A stretch of DNA of 63,380 nt, the filler included, from Octopus bimaculoides (Eukaryota), in NCBI RefSeq assembly GCF_001194135.2. It is 6 parts of 6 records of this genome, joined end to end, with 100 filler letters (N's around TTAATTAATTAA, not from the genome) between each part and the next. Parts side by side here need not be neighbours in the genome. Positions count along the whole stretch, not along the records: positions 62,081 to 63,380 come from NW_026427123.1; 5 more parts are not named here. One strand, written 5' to 3'. The notes under the pieces were generated by a model. That model searched no databases. It was not told where the DNA came from and saw only the letters and a list, made by a program, of their open reading frames with translations. The translations under genes were made by a program, and so were the position numbers. Below are positions 62,869 through 63,380 of the stretch, one piece after another (within the stretch, counting starts at the first letter, position 1; each line of letters starts with the position of its first letter).

Positions 62869-63380
62869 AAGATTCTTGATGTGAATTTGTGTGCTGCAAT
62901 AAATCTTATCTTCGGAGGGTCATTTCGCCAATAATAATAACACACGCACAGATTCAATTCCACTTCTTTGTTGTTAGTCAATTCGTTAAATATCTAACCA
63001 GCTAATTTATCGATTGTTTGTTAAACAATCAATCGATTGTTCGTTAGTGAAAATTCTTTCGTCGTTATTCACTCTCAATTACTTTCCTTCTCTCTCTTCT
63101 TTCAGTCTCTAATCTGAGTCTGTTCGATAACTGGTCCTATGCCTGTGTGCATGTATGCTTGTATGTGTATATGTAGATGTGTGAGGTACCTCATCATCTA
63201 AACAAACACACATCTTTGCATCTGCATCTATAACAATAAACGTCCGCTTTCAAAAAAAAAAAGCCTACGTGAGTAAAAACCTACAGAAACCCGGACAGGG
63301 CAGATGAGTATGACCAGTACTGCGAACGTGTTGCGAACGTATTGCCTTGGCTTTCCTTCGTAGCGTATCCACGAATTGGG

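Overview
AT-rich eukaryotic genomic DNA, dense in microsatellites and broken by N gaps. The S-crystallin exons and the repeat families point to a cephalopod, probably Octopus (inference). None of the supplied ORFs is a complete gene. Reading splice sites by hand gives four clean minus-strand coding exons of S-crystallin (lens crystallin of the sigma-class GST family). The two C-terminal exons (16809-16702, 14211-14047) lie upstream of the two N-terminal exons (9299-9167, 7198-7103), and the central exon is absent. This is either the end of one gene plus the start of the next in a tandem cluster, or a collapsed/permuted assembly. A plus-strand gene ends in a SAM-domain terminal exon (22842-23110), with a probable upstream exon at 21281-21408. 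The rest is mostly transposon debris: three tRNA-headed SINE families (one forming head-to-tail arrays of up to about 8 units); R4/Dong, CR1, Tx1-like and Penelope-like retroelement remnants; and Tc1/mariner, piggyBac, hAT, Merlin and Kolobok-type DNA elements and MITEs. The most interesting RNA-level signals are two hammerhead-ribozyme folds, one just downstream of a tRNA-like Pol III promoter inside a Penelope-like end. Five 100-nt gaps carry an artificial TTAATTAATTAA linker. Exon and TSD/TIR coordinates were counted exactly; repeat boundaries are approximate (about +/-20 nt). No database searches were run, so family names come from motif recognition.
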